Shown here: piece after piece, positions 1-8,352 of the stretch
Layout of the letters: each line of letters starts with the position of its first letter
How positions within the stretch are numbered: the stretch's first letter is position 1
Made by a program: the position numbers and the translations under genes
The notes under the pieces: model-generated
What the model was told of the DNA's origin: nothing
Seen by the model: the letters and a program-made list of their open reading frames with translations, nothing else
Database searches by the model: none
IMG/VR virus record: IMGVR_UViG_3300011867_000002
Span: 186,001 to 221,460 of that record
DNA from: an uncultured virus (IMG/VR IMGVR_UViG_3300011867_000002)
Lineage: Duplodnaviria > Heunggongvirae > Uroviricota > Caudoviricetes
DNA: 35,460 nucleotides
Strand: one strand, 5' to 3'

Positions 1-2892
1 ATCGACTGGAACGACTTGGTCGATAAGCCGTCGAGTTTCCCGCCAGCTGCGCACTTGCACCATGCCTCAGAAGTTTATGGTGCCGAGTATTTGGACGACG
101 CCCTGATGCGTGTTCGCAATGCCGCCACCATGGGCGATACCTTGACGCGTGAGCGACTGGTCGAGTACATCCGGACGAAAGTCATGGAGGCAGTGGACAA
201 AGTCGACTCCACCACCACGGCGTTGCTCGCTGAACACAAAGAGCACGCCGACCCGCATACCCAGTACGCCAAGTTGTCAGACTTTGTGTACGCGTTGCCT
301 GCTGTGCGCAAACCACAAGCGATCACGCCAGCTAACAACGCGAAAAAGGTCTTGCTGGAAACGGTACTGAAAGGCTCGACGTATTACAGCCTGTATGGCA
401 TTGCGCAAAAAGCGGCGCAGTTCCACGTCTCGACCAAAGCGGACTTCACCAACATCACCTTGCTTGAAACGGTGCTGGGCGAAACCCAGCAATACCAGCA
501 AGAAGGGTTACTGCCCGGCTCGAAGACCTTGTACTGGCGGGTGCGATACCAAGACATGGACGACGTCTGGTCTGAATGGTCGGACACCAGCCAATTCGAA
601 ACGGTGCCGGACTATCCCGCCAAGGGCACCATCCTCAGTAAGTACTGCGTGGGTGTGGAACAATGGGGCAAGATCGCCGATGGCCGTAATGGCTCAACCG
701 ATCAACTGCTGGACCCCAAGAGTCTTGATTGCGGTTACATTCCGCCTAAGCCACCCGGTACCGTGCTGGCAGAATTCTGTAAGGGTGTTGATAAGTGGCG
801 CACTTACGCGGATGGCAACTACGGTAGTTACGATGCGCTGTACCAAAAGAACAGCCTCGATTGCGGCTATGTTCCGCCACCACCTGAAGGTACGGTACTG
901 AAAGAGTACTGCAAAGGTTTCGACCTGATGCGTGACATCGCCAATGGCACTGGTGGTTACAGTACCGTGGTGTACAAAGCCAACAGCACGACTTGCGGCT
1001 ATGTTCCTCCACCAGCAGAGGGTACTGAACTGCGTCGTTACTGCGATAGCTTTACCTTGCATGTGGTGTTGGCTGACGGCAAAGGCGGTGAGCGCGATAC
1101 CATCAAAGAGTACAACAGCAAGGAGTGCGGTTACGTCCCACCGCCAGCCGCCGGTACGATCTTGGCAACGTATTGCAAAGGCTTCGACAAGTACCAACGC
1201 ATTGCGAATGGCGACGGCACTGACCGTGAACAACTGGTCGAACAAAACAGTTCCTTCTGCGGGTACATTCCACCACCACCACCAGCTGCCGGTACCATCC
1301 TGGGTTACCAGTGTATTGGCTTTGATAAGTACAACAAAGTCGCGGACGGCAAGGGTAGTTATACCTTGGAATTGGCACAAAGAAATGCACAAGTGTGCGG
1401 TTACTCGCCACCACCTGCTGGTACGGTGCTCGCTGAGTTCTGCGTAGGCGTTGACCTGTGGCGCAAGTATGCTGACGGCAACGACGGTTCGTACGACAGG
1501 CTGTACCAAGCCAAGAGTGGAACATGCGGTTACATTGCGCCCACGCTGGGCAAAACAACGTGGGAAGCGGCACAAGACTTCGTGGTTACCCATAAAGCCG
1601 ACGGTTCGATCGGTCCACATCTAAATGAGATGGTGGTCAACAACAACGACGGCTCTGTGGCCTGGGCTTCGACCGAGTGGAATGTGTACAACTCAAGCGG
1701 TCAGTTGATCCAAAGTGGTTTTAACAACGATTCTAGTTTCTCGAAGAAAAATATCGCTTGGATTAATTTCAACGATTTCCCGAACAAGCAAAGTTACACG
1801 GTCTATGCGCGCCACGGTAGCAATATTCTCGGCTGGGCGCCTTGGTCGGATGCTTGGCGGTTTAGCTTGAACTGGGAAGAGTTTACTCCAGAAGGCACGG
1901 TGGTCGGCCAAAGGTGTATTGGTTACGACAAGTACGATGTCGTGGCTGATGGTCGCGGCGGTACCTTTGATCGTCTGGTGGAGCGTAACGCAGCGTACTG
2001 CGGTTATGTCAATCCATTCGATCCTGGTATTGATCAAATTCCGCGTCACCTTGGCGCCGCTGCAAACGGCACGCCGGCTTACTGGACCTTGACGTTAGGT
2101 GCCGATGGTAACTGGGCGTTCACAGCTTCGCGCTTTGGTACCGCACCGGGATCGGGTCGATACTTGACTGGTAACACTGCCGGTTGGGAAATCTACTACG
2201 AAGCCTACTCAGAAGACGGCGAAGGTTCGCCAATACTGAACATCGGTGGCTATAGTACATGGCAATCCTTGTCCAGGGGTGCAGTGATCAGTATCGAAGA
2301 TAGTGATTCCAGTAACGATGGCGTTGGTCACTACGGCAGTTTCCTCATCGCACTGCGCCATCAAGGGTATGGTGCGTATGTCGAAATGTGGTTTACCTAC
2401 AACGTCGACGGCGGCTGTTTTGTCGTTGGTACGCCAATCCTTACACCTGAAGGTGACGTCAATGTCGAAGACTTTGAAATCAACGACATCGCCACCAGTT
2501 TCAATGACCCAACCATGATTGACAGCAGTATCAATGGCTGGATCGACTGGAAGGTAGACGACACCAGTCGCATCACGGTCGACGAACTCTCGCGGGTGGT
2601 CAATAACCGTCAGTTTAAAGCGAACGAGTCGATCAAGATCAATGGTCTGCATTCGACCTTGACGCACATTCACTTCGTCTATATCGCGGCCACGCAGCAG
2701 TACGGCTGGAAGCGAGCAGATGAAATTGTCGTCGGTGACGCCTTTGTCACTCGCGACCGTACGTTGATTCCAATTACGGTAATCGAACGTATCGACGTTC
2801 CCCATACGTTCGTTGCGCTGAACGTGGAAGACATCGATACGCTACAAGTGAAGTTGGGGGACACGTATATCTTGACCCACAACCGTAGTTAA
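1..2892 (+). CDS. Tail fibre / receptor-binding-like virion protein, 5'-truncated, with FN3-like domains, eight Cys-paired repeats and a C-terminal Hint domain
   Basis: Frame is open from base 1 (IDWNDLVDKPSSFPPAAHLH, a W..L.DKP..FPP..H.H tail-fibre motif). Also HADPHTQY motif, FN3-like YWRVRY..WSEWS and YTVYARH..WAPWS, ~44-aa repeats, and a terminal CFVVGT...THN Hint domain. Lies next to the endolysin. Confidence 0.8.
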   Translation: MDWNDLVDKPSSFPPAAHLHHASEVYGAEYLDDALMRVRNAATMGDTLTRERLVEYIRTKVMEAVDKVDSTTTALLAEHKEHADPHTQYAKLSDFVYALPAVRKPQAITPANNAKKVLLETVLKGSTYYSLYGIAQKAAQFHVSTKADFTNITLLETVLGETQQYQQEGLLPGSKTLYWRVRYQDMDDVWSEWSDTSQFETVPDYPAKGTILSKYCVGVEQWGKIADGRNGSTDQLLDPKSLDCGYIPPKPPGTVLAEFCKGVDKWRTYADGNYGSYDALYQKNSLDCGYVPPPPEGTVLKEYCKGFDLMRDIANGTGGYSTVVYKANSTTCGYVPPPAEGTELRRYCDSFTLHVVLADGKGGERDTIKEYNSKECGYVPPPAAGTILATYCKGFDKYQRIANGDGTDREQLVEQNSSFCGYIPPPPPAAGTILGYQCIGFDKYNKVADGKGSYTLELAQRNAQVCGYSPPPAGTVLAEFCVGVDLWRKYADGNDGSYDRLYQAKSGTCGYIAPTLGKTTWEAAQDFVVTHKADGSIGPHLNEMVVNNNDGSVAWASTEWNVYNSSGQLIQSGFNNDSSFSKKNIAWINFNDFPNKQSYTVYARHGSNILGWAPWSDAWRFSLNWEEFTPEGTVVGQRCIGYDKYDVVADGRGGTFDRLVERNAAYCGYVNPFDPGIDQIPRHLGAAANGTPAYWTLTLGADGNWAFTASRFGTAPGSGRYLTGNTAGWEIYYEAYSEDGEGSPILNIGGYSTWQSLSRGAVISIEDSDSSNDGVGHYGSFLIALRHQGYGAYVEMWFTYNVDGGCFVVGTPILTPEGDVNVEDFEINDIATSFNDPTMIDSSINGWIDWKVDDTSRITVDELSRVVNNRQFKANESIKINGLHSTLTHIHFVYIAATQQYGWKRADEIVVGDAFVTRDRTLIPITVIERIDVPHTFVALNVEDIDTLQVKLGDTYILTHNRS
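616..2016 (+). repeat. Intragenic ~44-aa repeat (P.GT.L..[YF]C.G.D.....A[DN]G.G..........NS..CGY.PP): 7 tandem copies at 616-1542 plus 1 copy at 1885-2016
   Basis: Visible in the translation. Each unit has two invariant Cys and most end in a poly-Pro linker. Confidence 0.95.
2416..2883 (+). other. Hint (intein/BIL-like) autoprocessing domain, 156 aa, at the fibre C-terminus
   Basis: Block A G|CFVVGTPILTPEG, block B STLTH (TxxH), block F/G VALNVED...YILTHN, then only R-S-stop. Confidence 0.88.
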
Positions 2893-2899
2893 ACCTCCT

Positions 2900-2927
2900 G
2901 GCCGAGGGGTTCCTCTCTCGGCCTTTT
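2900..2927 (+). terminator. Putative intrinsic terminator after the tail fibre
   Basis: GGCCGAGGGG...TCTCTCGGCC stem followed by TTTT. Confidence 0.6.
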
Positions 2928-2948
2928 CCACCATTACTAGGAACCATC

Positions 2949-3347
2949 ATGGAACTGTTCTTCAAAGGTATCGCCAAATTCTTCCACACTAAAACGGGCA
3001 AGATGCTCGAACGCGCTTTCCTGCGTTCGTTCTGTATGGCAGCACTCCTGATCATCGCAGGCGGCCTGCTCGAATTCTTCATCGAACTGGCCCGCTTCGG
3101 CGGCAACGATGTGGCTGAGCGTTTCCCGGAAATTCTCATCATCTTCCGCGCCGTCTCCATCCTCGCGTGGTTCGAGATGTCGATCTTCTGGCTGCGCCTT
3201 GCCACCCAGCCCGGTGTCGACATGCAGTTCGTCGCTCATAAAGCCGACGGTACGGCTGTTGGTGCCGCCATGCTCTATATCACCATTGTCGTGCAGTGGC
3301 TGGTGCGCATGATCGTGCTCATGCAACTGTGCGGGTTCTGGAAATGA
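2949..3347 (+). CDS. Putative holin (three transmembrane segments)
   Basis: 132 aa with three hydrophobic helices and a basic N-terminus. Its stop overlaps the endolysin start (ATGA at 3344-3347). Confidence 0.6.
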   Translation: MELFFKGIAKFFHTKTGKMLERAFLRSFCMAALLIIAGGLLEFFIELARFGGNDVAERFPEILIIFRAVSILAWFEMSIFWLRLATQPGVDMQFVAHKADGTAVGAAMLYITIVVQWLVRMIVLMQLCGFWK

Positions 3348-4042
3348 ACTTCTTCGCCAAGTACTTCTACAAACTCATTGTCTTGCTGGCACTACTCTTT
3401 GTAGTGCTCGCGGGTAATGCGGCGCCGAAGTTGCCAAACGATGCGCCAGTGTACCTTCCAATGCTGGTCGAGGAAATCGACACTCACTGGAAAGACATGG
3501 AGTACCGGGAGTTCACTGCTGGCCTGGTCGAGCAGGAAAGCTTCTGGAAACTCCGCGCTGAACTCAAACACGCCCGTGAATACGGGTGTGGTTTCGGGCA
3601 GTTCACCAAGACCTACAAAAAGGATGGAAGCATTCGCTTCGATGCCTTGACCGAGACAAAGGCACTGCACAAGTCCTTGGCGGATTGGAATTGGGACGAC
3701 TGCTCGAATGCGCGTTTCCAGTTGCGGGGAATGCTCTTAAAGCTCAAAGCCAACGAGCGTTCCTGCAAGGTCTGGATGGATGATCCACTGGACATCAAAC
3801 GCTGCGATGGTTCGGCGTACAACGGAGGTCTTGGCGGCTACTCGGCTCGGATTCGCATGTGCCGTTCCAAGGCAGATTGCAACCCTCGTAAATGGGTAGG
3901 CCATCTGGAACTCCAGTGCGCTGCGTCCAATGTGAAACAAGCAGGGTATGGCGAATCCTTTTGCCAGATCAATAGCAAGTATCCGGCCCGCGTGATTCAG
4001 CGCATGGAAAAGTACAAACCGTACATGATCCGTCAGCCGTAA
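3344..4042 (+). CDS. Lytic transglycosylase (SLT-family) endolysin with N-terminal signal peptide or anchor
   Basis: Start chosen at ATG 3344 (ATGA coupling). Catalytic EQES, GFGQFT and AYNGG SLT motifs. Hydrophobic N-terminus LIVLLALLFVVLAGNA. Eight Cys. Confidence 0.85.
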   Translation: MNFFAKYFYKLIVLLALLFVVLAGNAAPKLPNDAPVYLPMLVEEIDTHWKDMEYREFTAGLVEQESFWKLRAELKHAREYGCGFGQFTKTYKKDGSIRFDALTETKALHKSLADWNWDDCSNARFQLRGMLLKLKANERSCKVWMDDPLDIKRCDGSAYNGGLGGYSARIRMCRSKADCNPRKWVGHLELQCAASNVKQAGYGESFCQINSKYPARVIQRMEKYKPYMIRQP

Positions 4043-4059
4043 AAGTTGTCCAAACGGAC

Positions 4060-4109
4060 AAAAAAAAAAAATAGCCCAGGGAGTGATGAACTCTCTGGGC
4101 TTTATTCCG
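4060..4109. terminator. Bidirectional terminator between convergent genes
   Basis: A12 tract, AGCCCAGGGAGT/ACTCTCTGGGCT stem, then TTATTCCG. Confidence 0.8.
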
Positions 4110-4158
4110 CGTGCTTAGCGGATGCTGTCTTGCTTCATGATAGTTACCTTTCTTTTGA

Positions 4159-4299
4159 TTACTTCAGTTTGAAACGACGACGGGTTTTGATGACACGGCC
4201 ACCAGAGAGGGGTGGCAAGTGCGGTGGATACGCTACAACGATGCTGTGGATACCCATGAACTTCAGGATTTTGAAGAACGTCTTTGCTTTCATGATCAT
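4159..4299 (-). CDS. Small basic hypothetical protein (~46 aa)
   Basis: MIMKAKTFFKILK...RRRFKLK, purine-rich leader AAAGAGACT-ATG, co-oriented with neighbours. Confidence 0.45.
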   Translation of the reverse strand: MIMKAKTFFKILKFMGIHSIVVAYPPHLPPLSGGRVIKTRRRFKLK

Positions 4300-4313
4300 A
4301 GTCTCTTTTAAGT

Positions 4314-4541
4314 TTACTTCTTCAGGGTAAAACGAAGGTAGGCGGGTTTGTTGTGTTCGTACTCCCAGAACCAATCATAACGGTAGATTGGCATGCCACC
4401 ACCACGACCAACTGGTTCTTGCTGGCGTTTCGGGTATTCATGCATTGCTTCGCGTACGAACACGCCATGGGTCATCTGGTGCGGCTTCTTGTGCATCTGT
4501 GCTTTGTTTTTGGCAATGAAGTTCTTTTGCAGGTGACTCAT
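4314..4541 (-). CDS. Hypothetical protein (75 aa)
   Basis: Strong RBS GGAGAGGAG upstream, fits the minus-strand gene tiling. Confidence 0.65.
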   Translation of the reverse strand: MSHLQKNFIAKNKAQMHKKPHQMTHGVFVREAMHEYPKRQQEPVGRGGGMPIYRYDWFWEYEHNKPAYLRFTLKK

Positions 4542-4577
4542 GTTCGACTACTCCTCTCCATAGTTGCTAGTTGTGAG

Positions 4578-4976
4578 TTACAGCAGCGGCCGCAGTTTCG
4601 GTACCGAGATTTCGAGGGCTTTCAAGAACTTGTCGAAATCGATCTTGTTCTGTTCGCCAATGTTTGGCCATTCGCAACCCAGGAAGTACTGAGATACCGC
4701 GTTCAGGACCGCGCTGCGTGCTTCGGTGTCCATGCCACTGTCGATCAGGTCCGCACGTTCGATTGGATACAGTGACAGCAGGTTGTACAACTGCACGCGG
4801 TTCAGTTCGACACCGCAAGCTTCTTGGATCACGTCACAACCTTCTTGCAACGTCTCCAAAGGAATATCGACGTTACGAAAACCAAGGGCTTTGGTGCGGA
4901 TACCCTTAGTCAGGTTGAGAATCTCGTCCAGACTGCCGTTGTCGAGCAAACGAATGATGTTAGCAGGCGTGTTCAT
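4578..4976 (-). CDS. Hypothetical protein (132 aa)
   Basis: RBS GAAGGA, globular helical composition, tiles with neighbours. Confidence 0.8.
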   Translation of the reverse strand: MNTPANIIRLLDNGSLDEILNLTKGIRTKALGFRNVDIPLETLQEGCDVIQEACGVELNRVQLYNLLSLYPIERADLIDSGMDTEARSAVLNAVSQYFLGCEWPNIGEQNKIDFDKFLKALEISVPKLRPLL

Positions 4977-4991
4977 AGTTGCATTCCTTCT

Positions 4992-5384
4992 TCACGATTT
5001 ATAGGAGCCAGCAATTTCGGTATAGACTGGCAAGTTCTTAATCGCCGTAGCGTGATACGTCATGGCTTCTTCGATCATTGGCAAATACCGGCTGAGTTCG
5101 GTCTTGGCCAATTCACCGTTCGTGTAGTTCAATGACAGGGCAGAGTAGTACTCACCCCAACCGCGGTCGTCTGCGATAATGCCATCAGGACGCTCCGCCA
5201 CATGGAACAACACAATCAAATCGCCACTCGGTTTCTTGGCCATACCAAAGAAGCGGGTGGTGTGAAACGATGCTTCTGTCGTCAACAACAAGACGGGTGC
5301 GGCAGGTGCCCAGGTGACCTCGTGGTGCTGCCCAATCACGCATTTCACAATATCACCTGGCTGTGGTAGTTTGTTACTCTTCAT
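4992..5384 (-). CDS. Hypothetical protein (~130 aa)
   Basis: Start reassigned to MKSNKLP (RBS GAAGAGG). PGDIVKC is an SH3/KOW-like start. Confidence 0.75.
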   Translation of the reverse strand: MKSNKLPQPGDIVKCVIGQHHEVTWAPAAPVLLLTTEASFHTTRFFGMAKKPSGDLIVLFHVAERPDGIIADDRGWGEYYSALSLNYTNGELAKTELSRYLPMIEEAMTYHATAIKNLPVYTEIAGSYKS

Positions 5385-5414
5385 AGCTGCCTCTTCTTTC
5401 AATTGGATGGAGCG

Positions 5415-5864
5415 TTACTTGTGGAGCAACGCCGCTTTCAGGGGTTCTTTCACTGGCTCCACACGGGTATGGAGTTCGTACACTTGGCCATCGGCTGCCA
5501 ATACACGGCCGAGTTTGCTGTCGATGCCAAGGATGACGGCGGTGACGCGACCATCGAGCAGGTTCACTTGGCGGTCGAGCACGTCTTCCAGACGACCGGA
5601 CTGGCGACCTTCTTTCAGGTACCAGCTAATGGGTTGGGGTGCTTCGAGCTTCGGGTTTTTGGCTTTCGCCGTCAGCAGGTACTCGTTGCGGTTGCCAAGC
5701 AGCAGGTGCGTGCGGTAGTAGTAATAGCTGAACGGTTGCATGGAGAGCAGCAGGCCGGCCCAGTAGAAGGCTTTGCCCGGCGTTTGGTCCATGTACAACT
5801 TGATCAGTTCTTCGAGTTGCTTGCGTTGCGTTTCTTTGATGAGTTCTGGATTCATGGCGTTCAT
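5415..5864 (-). CDS. Hypothetical protein, paralog of 5921-6661
   Basis: RBS AGAGGA. Shares W..E.R....LE..LD..V....G.....LG.D.K..R.L...G.VY.L..R with the upstream gene. Confidence 0.8.
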   Translation of the reverse strand: MNAMNPELIKETQRKQLEELIKLYMDQTPGKAFYWAGLLLSMQPFSYYYYRTHLLLGNRNEYLLTAKAKNPKLEAPQPISWYLKEGRQSGRLEDVLDRQVNLLDGRVTAVILGIDSKLGRVLAADGQVYELHTRVEPVKEPLKAALLHK

Positions 5865-5885
5865 GTTGTTCCTCTAAAAAATGTC

Positions 5886-5914
5886 AAAAGAAAAGGAGGG
5901 GTGTATCCCCTCCT
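5886..5914 (-). terminator. Putative intrinsic terminator
   Basis: AGGAGGGG/CCCCTCCT stem followed on the minus strand by TTTCTTTT. Confidence 0.65.
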
Positions 5915-5920
5915 CCTGCA

Positions 5921-6661
5921 TTACCAGTACTTGGCCAGCATGTAAGCGACGAACTGGTCGAAGGTGTGGAAGATGATTGGCTCACGTTCCGGATTATTCG
6001 GGAAGAACAATTCACCCCACACCGCGCCAGCATGCAATGCACATGGTTGCATTTCGTGCACGATCTTCACACCGTAGATATTCGCTTCGACGCAGTAGCG
6101 GAACCCCTTGCTATTGGTGTTCCACTTGAGTTCCTTGAAGAACTTCATGGCGTCTTCTTCGCGCTGTTCCACGTAACGGCTGGCTTGTACTTGTGCATCG
6201 TCGTCACCACCCAAGAAGGATTCTGCCGAGACCATGACGTGCGGTGCTGGTTTCACACTGACTGATACTTCGATTGGCGAGACCAGGCGGCGCCCGAGTT
6301 GGTAGACGCGCCCACCGCCGACCAAGATGCGGTTGGTCTTTTTGTCGACGCCTAGGACACGGTTCACCCTGGAACCGTTTTCGAAGTAAACCTCCAGGTC
6401 GAGGATGTTCTCCAAGTCGTTACCCACACGGAACTCGTTGATCCACCAGTCGTGGGTGCCTTTTTGCACTGGCACAAAAGTGCCATCGAGCGCGGTGTCG
6501 CTCAGGTCGAGACCAGTACGGTACGTCACCAGATCAAAGCCGTCTTGCGCCAGCAGCTTTTCTACTTCTTCGCGACGATTCATCATCGAAACGCCGGGCA
6601 TGGCAGACACCAGCAGCAACAGGGTGGTGAAAGCGGTTTCTTCGTGGTATGCGTTGTTCAT
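5921..6661 (-). CDS. Hypothetical protein (246 aa), paralog of 5415-5864 with an extra C-terminal domain
   Basis: RBS GAGGAAG and the shared domain described above. Confidence 0.8.
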   Translation of the reverse strand: MNNAYHEETAFTTLLLLVSAMPGVSMMNRREEVEKLLAQDGFDLVTYRTGLDLSDTALDGTFVPVQKGTHDWWINEFRVGNDLENILDLEVYFENGSRVNRVLGVDKKTNRILVGGGRVYQLGRRLVSPIEVSVSVKPAPHVMVSAESFLGGDDDAQVQASRYVEQREEDAMKFFKELKWNTNSKGFRYCVEANIYGVKIVHEMQPCALHAGAVWGELFFPNNPEREPIIFHTFDQFVAYMLAKYW

Positions 6662-6791
6662 AGTTGCAACTTCCTCTGAGTAAATAAGGTAGGGGGAAAG
6701 CCTCCCCCTGGGGCATGTCGCTTTGTGACGTCCACGTGTTTGCCGGCAAGAGTCGTCACAAAGACAGCATTCTTAAAATCGTTGCTGGGTG

Positions 6792-6956
6792 TTAAACACC
6801 ACCGCAGTCAGGGCAGCAATCCCAACCAAAAGCACCGGGGCCATACATTTTCTCGTAAGGAATCGGTGCTTCAGTGGAACCGCAATAGCCGCAGCGATGT
6901 TGATACACCACCTTGGCTTGTTCTTCGGATGCTTCTTTGTTTTCTTGGGTGTTCAT
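6792..6956 (-). CDS. Small zinc-ribbon protein (~54 aa)
   Basis: CGYC...CPDC motif, RBS GGAGA, start at MNTQENK. Confidence 0.7.
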   Translation of the reverse strand: MNTQENKEASEEQAKVVYQHRCGYCGSTEAPIPYEKMYGPGAFGWDCCPDCGGV

Positions 6957-7019
6957 GATGTTGTTTCTCCATAGTTGCGTTTGGGGAGGACTAACCCCCT
7001 CCCCTTGGGTCACAACGAA

Positions 7020-7613
7020 TTAAACCGGAAGTGGCTTGGTCTTTAAGCCCACCAGTTCCCGTAATTCGTTGGCCATGACCTCGGCGACGGGCTTGACCGT
7101 TTGTTCCCACGCCATCGACTTGATTGTCTGGCGTAGATGGTTTTGGCGGCCGAGCATCTCCGTGATCATGGTGATGTACCGGTGGATCGGATGCTCGTTC
7201 TCGTTGCGTTCGATCTGGTCTTTGACCTCAGCCAGTTCGTCTTCTTCGAGTTCGGTCATCCGATGGATACCCATCAGACGCGTCCGTTTCTGGACGAGCG
7301 CCATATGGCTATTCATCCAGTCACGGGTCACCGGAACATACTCGATCACGAGTATTTCCAAAGCGACTTGGTCGCACGCCGCGAAGGCAGAACGAGCCTT
7401 CGCCAGAACGTCTGGGCTATGACCGAACTTGCGTTCGATCATGTCCGCCAGCTTTTGGCACTCGTGCAGATACTGGAGCACAGAGGCCGGCGCCGTCTTA
7501 CGACCAACGAAGCTCGCGTGCTTCATCACGTCTTCCACCAAGAATGGATACGTGCGGAAGTACTTGAGGCTCAGGGCGAGTTCGCGCTGGGAAACGAGGA
7601 TAGATTTGTTCAT
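7020..7613 (-). CDS. Hypothetical helical protein (197 aa)
   Basis: RBS GGAGA, first gene after the promoter-like motif at 7668-7686. Confidence 0.8.
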   Translation of the reverse strand: MNKSILVSQRELALSLKYFRTYPFLVEDVMKHASFVGRKTAPASVLQYLHECQKLADMIERKFGHSPDVLAKARSAFAACDQVALEILVIEYVPVTRDWMNSHMALVQKRTRLMGIHRMTELEEDELAEVKDQIERNENEHPIHRYITMITEMLGRQNHLRQTIKSMAWEQTVKPVAEVMANELRELVGLKTKPLPV

Positions 7614-7667
7614 ACGTCTGAATCTCCATAGTAGCTAATTGATAGGGGTAGTGAGTTATTTGTGCTA

Positions 7668-7686
7668 ACTCACCTGAAGAATATGT
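7668..7686 (-). promoter_or_regulatory. Candidate phage early promoter (ACATATTCTTCAGGTGAGT)
   Basis: 18/19 identical to the copy at 8276-8294, same CATAT-N8-TGAG spacing as 28943-28961. Resembles the phiKZ early TATATTAC element. Confidence 0.65.
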
Positions 7687-7706
7687 TGCCATATTTTCTT
7701 TCAATC

Positions 7707-7741
7707 CGGAATAAAGCACAGAGGCGAACCCCTGCACTTTA
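7707..7741 (-). terminator. Hairpin (UUCG loop) + TATTCCG after the Nudix gene
   Basis: Minus strand TAAAGTGCAGGGG-TTCG-CCTCTGTGCTTTA-TTCCG. G-U pairs form only on the minus strand. Confidence 0.7.
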
Positions 7742-7748
7742 GCCTACC

Positions 7749-8237
7749 TTACAGTGCCTCGATGACACCGATCAGAACTGCATTGAAACTTCCTTCTGGT
7801 CCGGTCTCAATCAACCGGATGGCTTCTTTCGGCGTGACCCACACATGGTTCATGGCGTCTCCTTCCGTATCGAAGTGGCGACGGTCTTCACCAGCGTACT
7901 CAGCCTTATAGAAACTCGTCTCCGATCCACTCCAACGCGCAGCCCGAACTGGATCATCGAAGTGGTGTTTGCCACCGTACTGAATACCCATCGCTTCGAT
8001 ATGCTTCAGTTTCATCCCCACTTCTTCAAGCGCTTCTTTCTCGGCGGTTTTTTCATGACTATCGCCATCCTCTACACCGCCGCCGGGAATCAACCACGCT
8101 ACGTGCACCCCGTTCACAATTTTCTTACACAGGCAAATTTTGCCATGCTTTTGAATCACGACCCGCACCACTGGGCGCAGTGGGAGTTCTTTGTGTGCTT
8201 CAAGAGCCGTACGCAATACACTCGACATAGATGCCAT
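7749..8237 (-). CDS. Nudix hydrolase
   Basis: Nudix box GGGVEDGDSHEKTAEKEALEEVG (K replaces the canonical R), WLIPGG, C-terminal WVTPKEA. Confidence 0.92.
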   Translation of the reverse strand: MASMSSVLRTALEAHKELPLRPVVRVVIQKHGKICLCKKIVNGVHVAWLIPGGGVEDGDSHEKTAEKEALEEVGMKLKHIEAMGIQYGGKHHFDDPVRAARWSGSETSFYKAEYAGEDRRHFDTEGDAMNHVWVTPKEAIRLIETGPEGSFNAVLIGVIEAL

Positions 8238-8275
8238 GACTTGTTTCCTTTAATGAAGGATGAATACAGGATTGT

Positions 8276-8294
8276 ACTCACCGGAAGAATATGT
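8276..8294 (-). promoter_or_regulatory. Candidate phage early promoter (ACATATTCTTCCGGTGAGT)
   Basis: Near-identical to 7668-7686, intergenic, about 40 nt upstream of the Nudix start. Confidence 0.65.
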
Positions 8295-8314
8295 GGTTGT
8301 AAGTATTTAGAATG

Positions 8315-8348
8315 CGACATACAGGCCACCCTGCGGGGTGGCCTGTAT
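8315..8348 (-). terminator. Perfect 13-bp hairpin + TATGTCG after the CYTH gene
   Basis: ATACAGGCCACCC-N4-GGGTGGCCTGTAT. Confidence 0.7.
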
Positions 8349-8352
8349 TCTG

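Noticed and set aside
616..1542. Periodic DNA repeats (TGCGGxTAx...CCACC about every 132 bp) as a possible CRISPR array or DGR
   Set aside because: The repeats are in frame, vary at synonymous positions and reflect protein repeats. There is no identical repeat-spacer pattern, adenine-specific variation or reverse transcriptase in the window.
2416..2883. Hint domain as a mobile splicing intein
   Set aside because: No homing endonuclease, +1 residue is Arg and the C-extein is only two residues. Kept as an autoprocessing domain instead.
3296..3343. Longer ORF-track starts at 3296, 5402, 7013, 20865, 23027, 24005 and 34454
   Set aside because: Downstream ATGs have better RBS or ATGA coupling and match paralog N-termini. 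Several of the extensions overlap neighbouring genes or hairpins.
4060..4071. A12 homopolymer as a phase-variation tract
   Set aside because: It is intergenic and explained as the U-tract of the minus-strand terminator.
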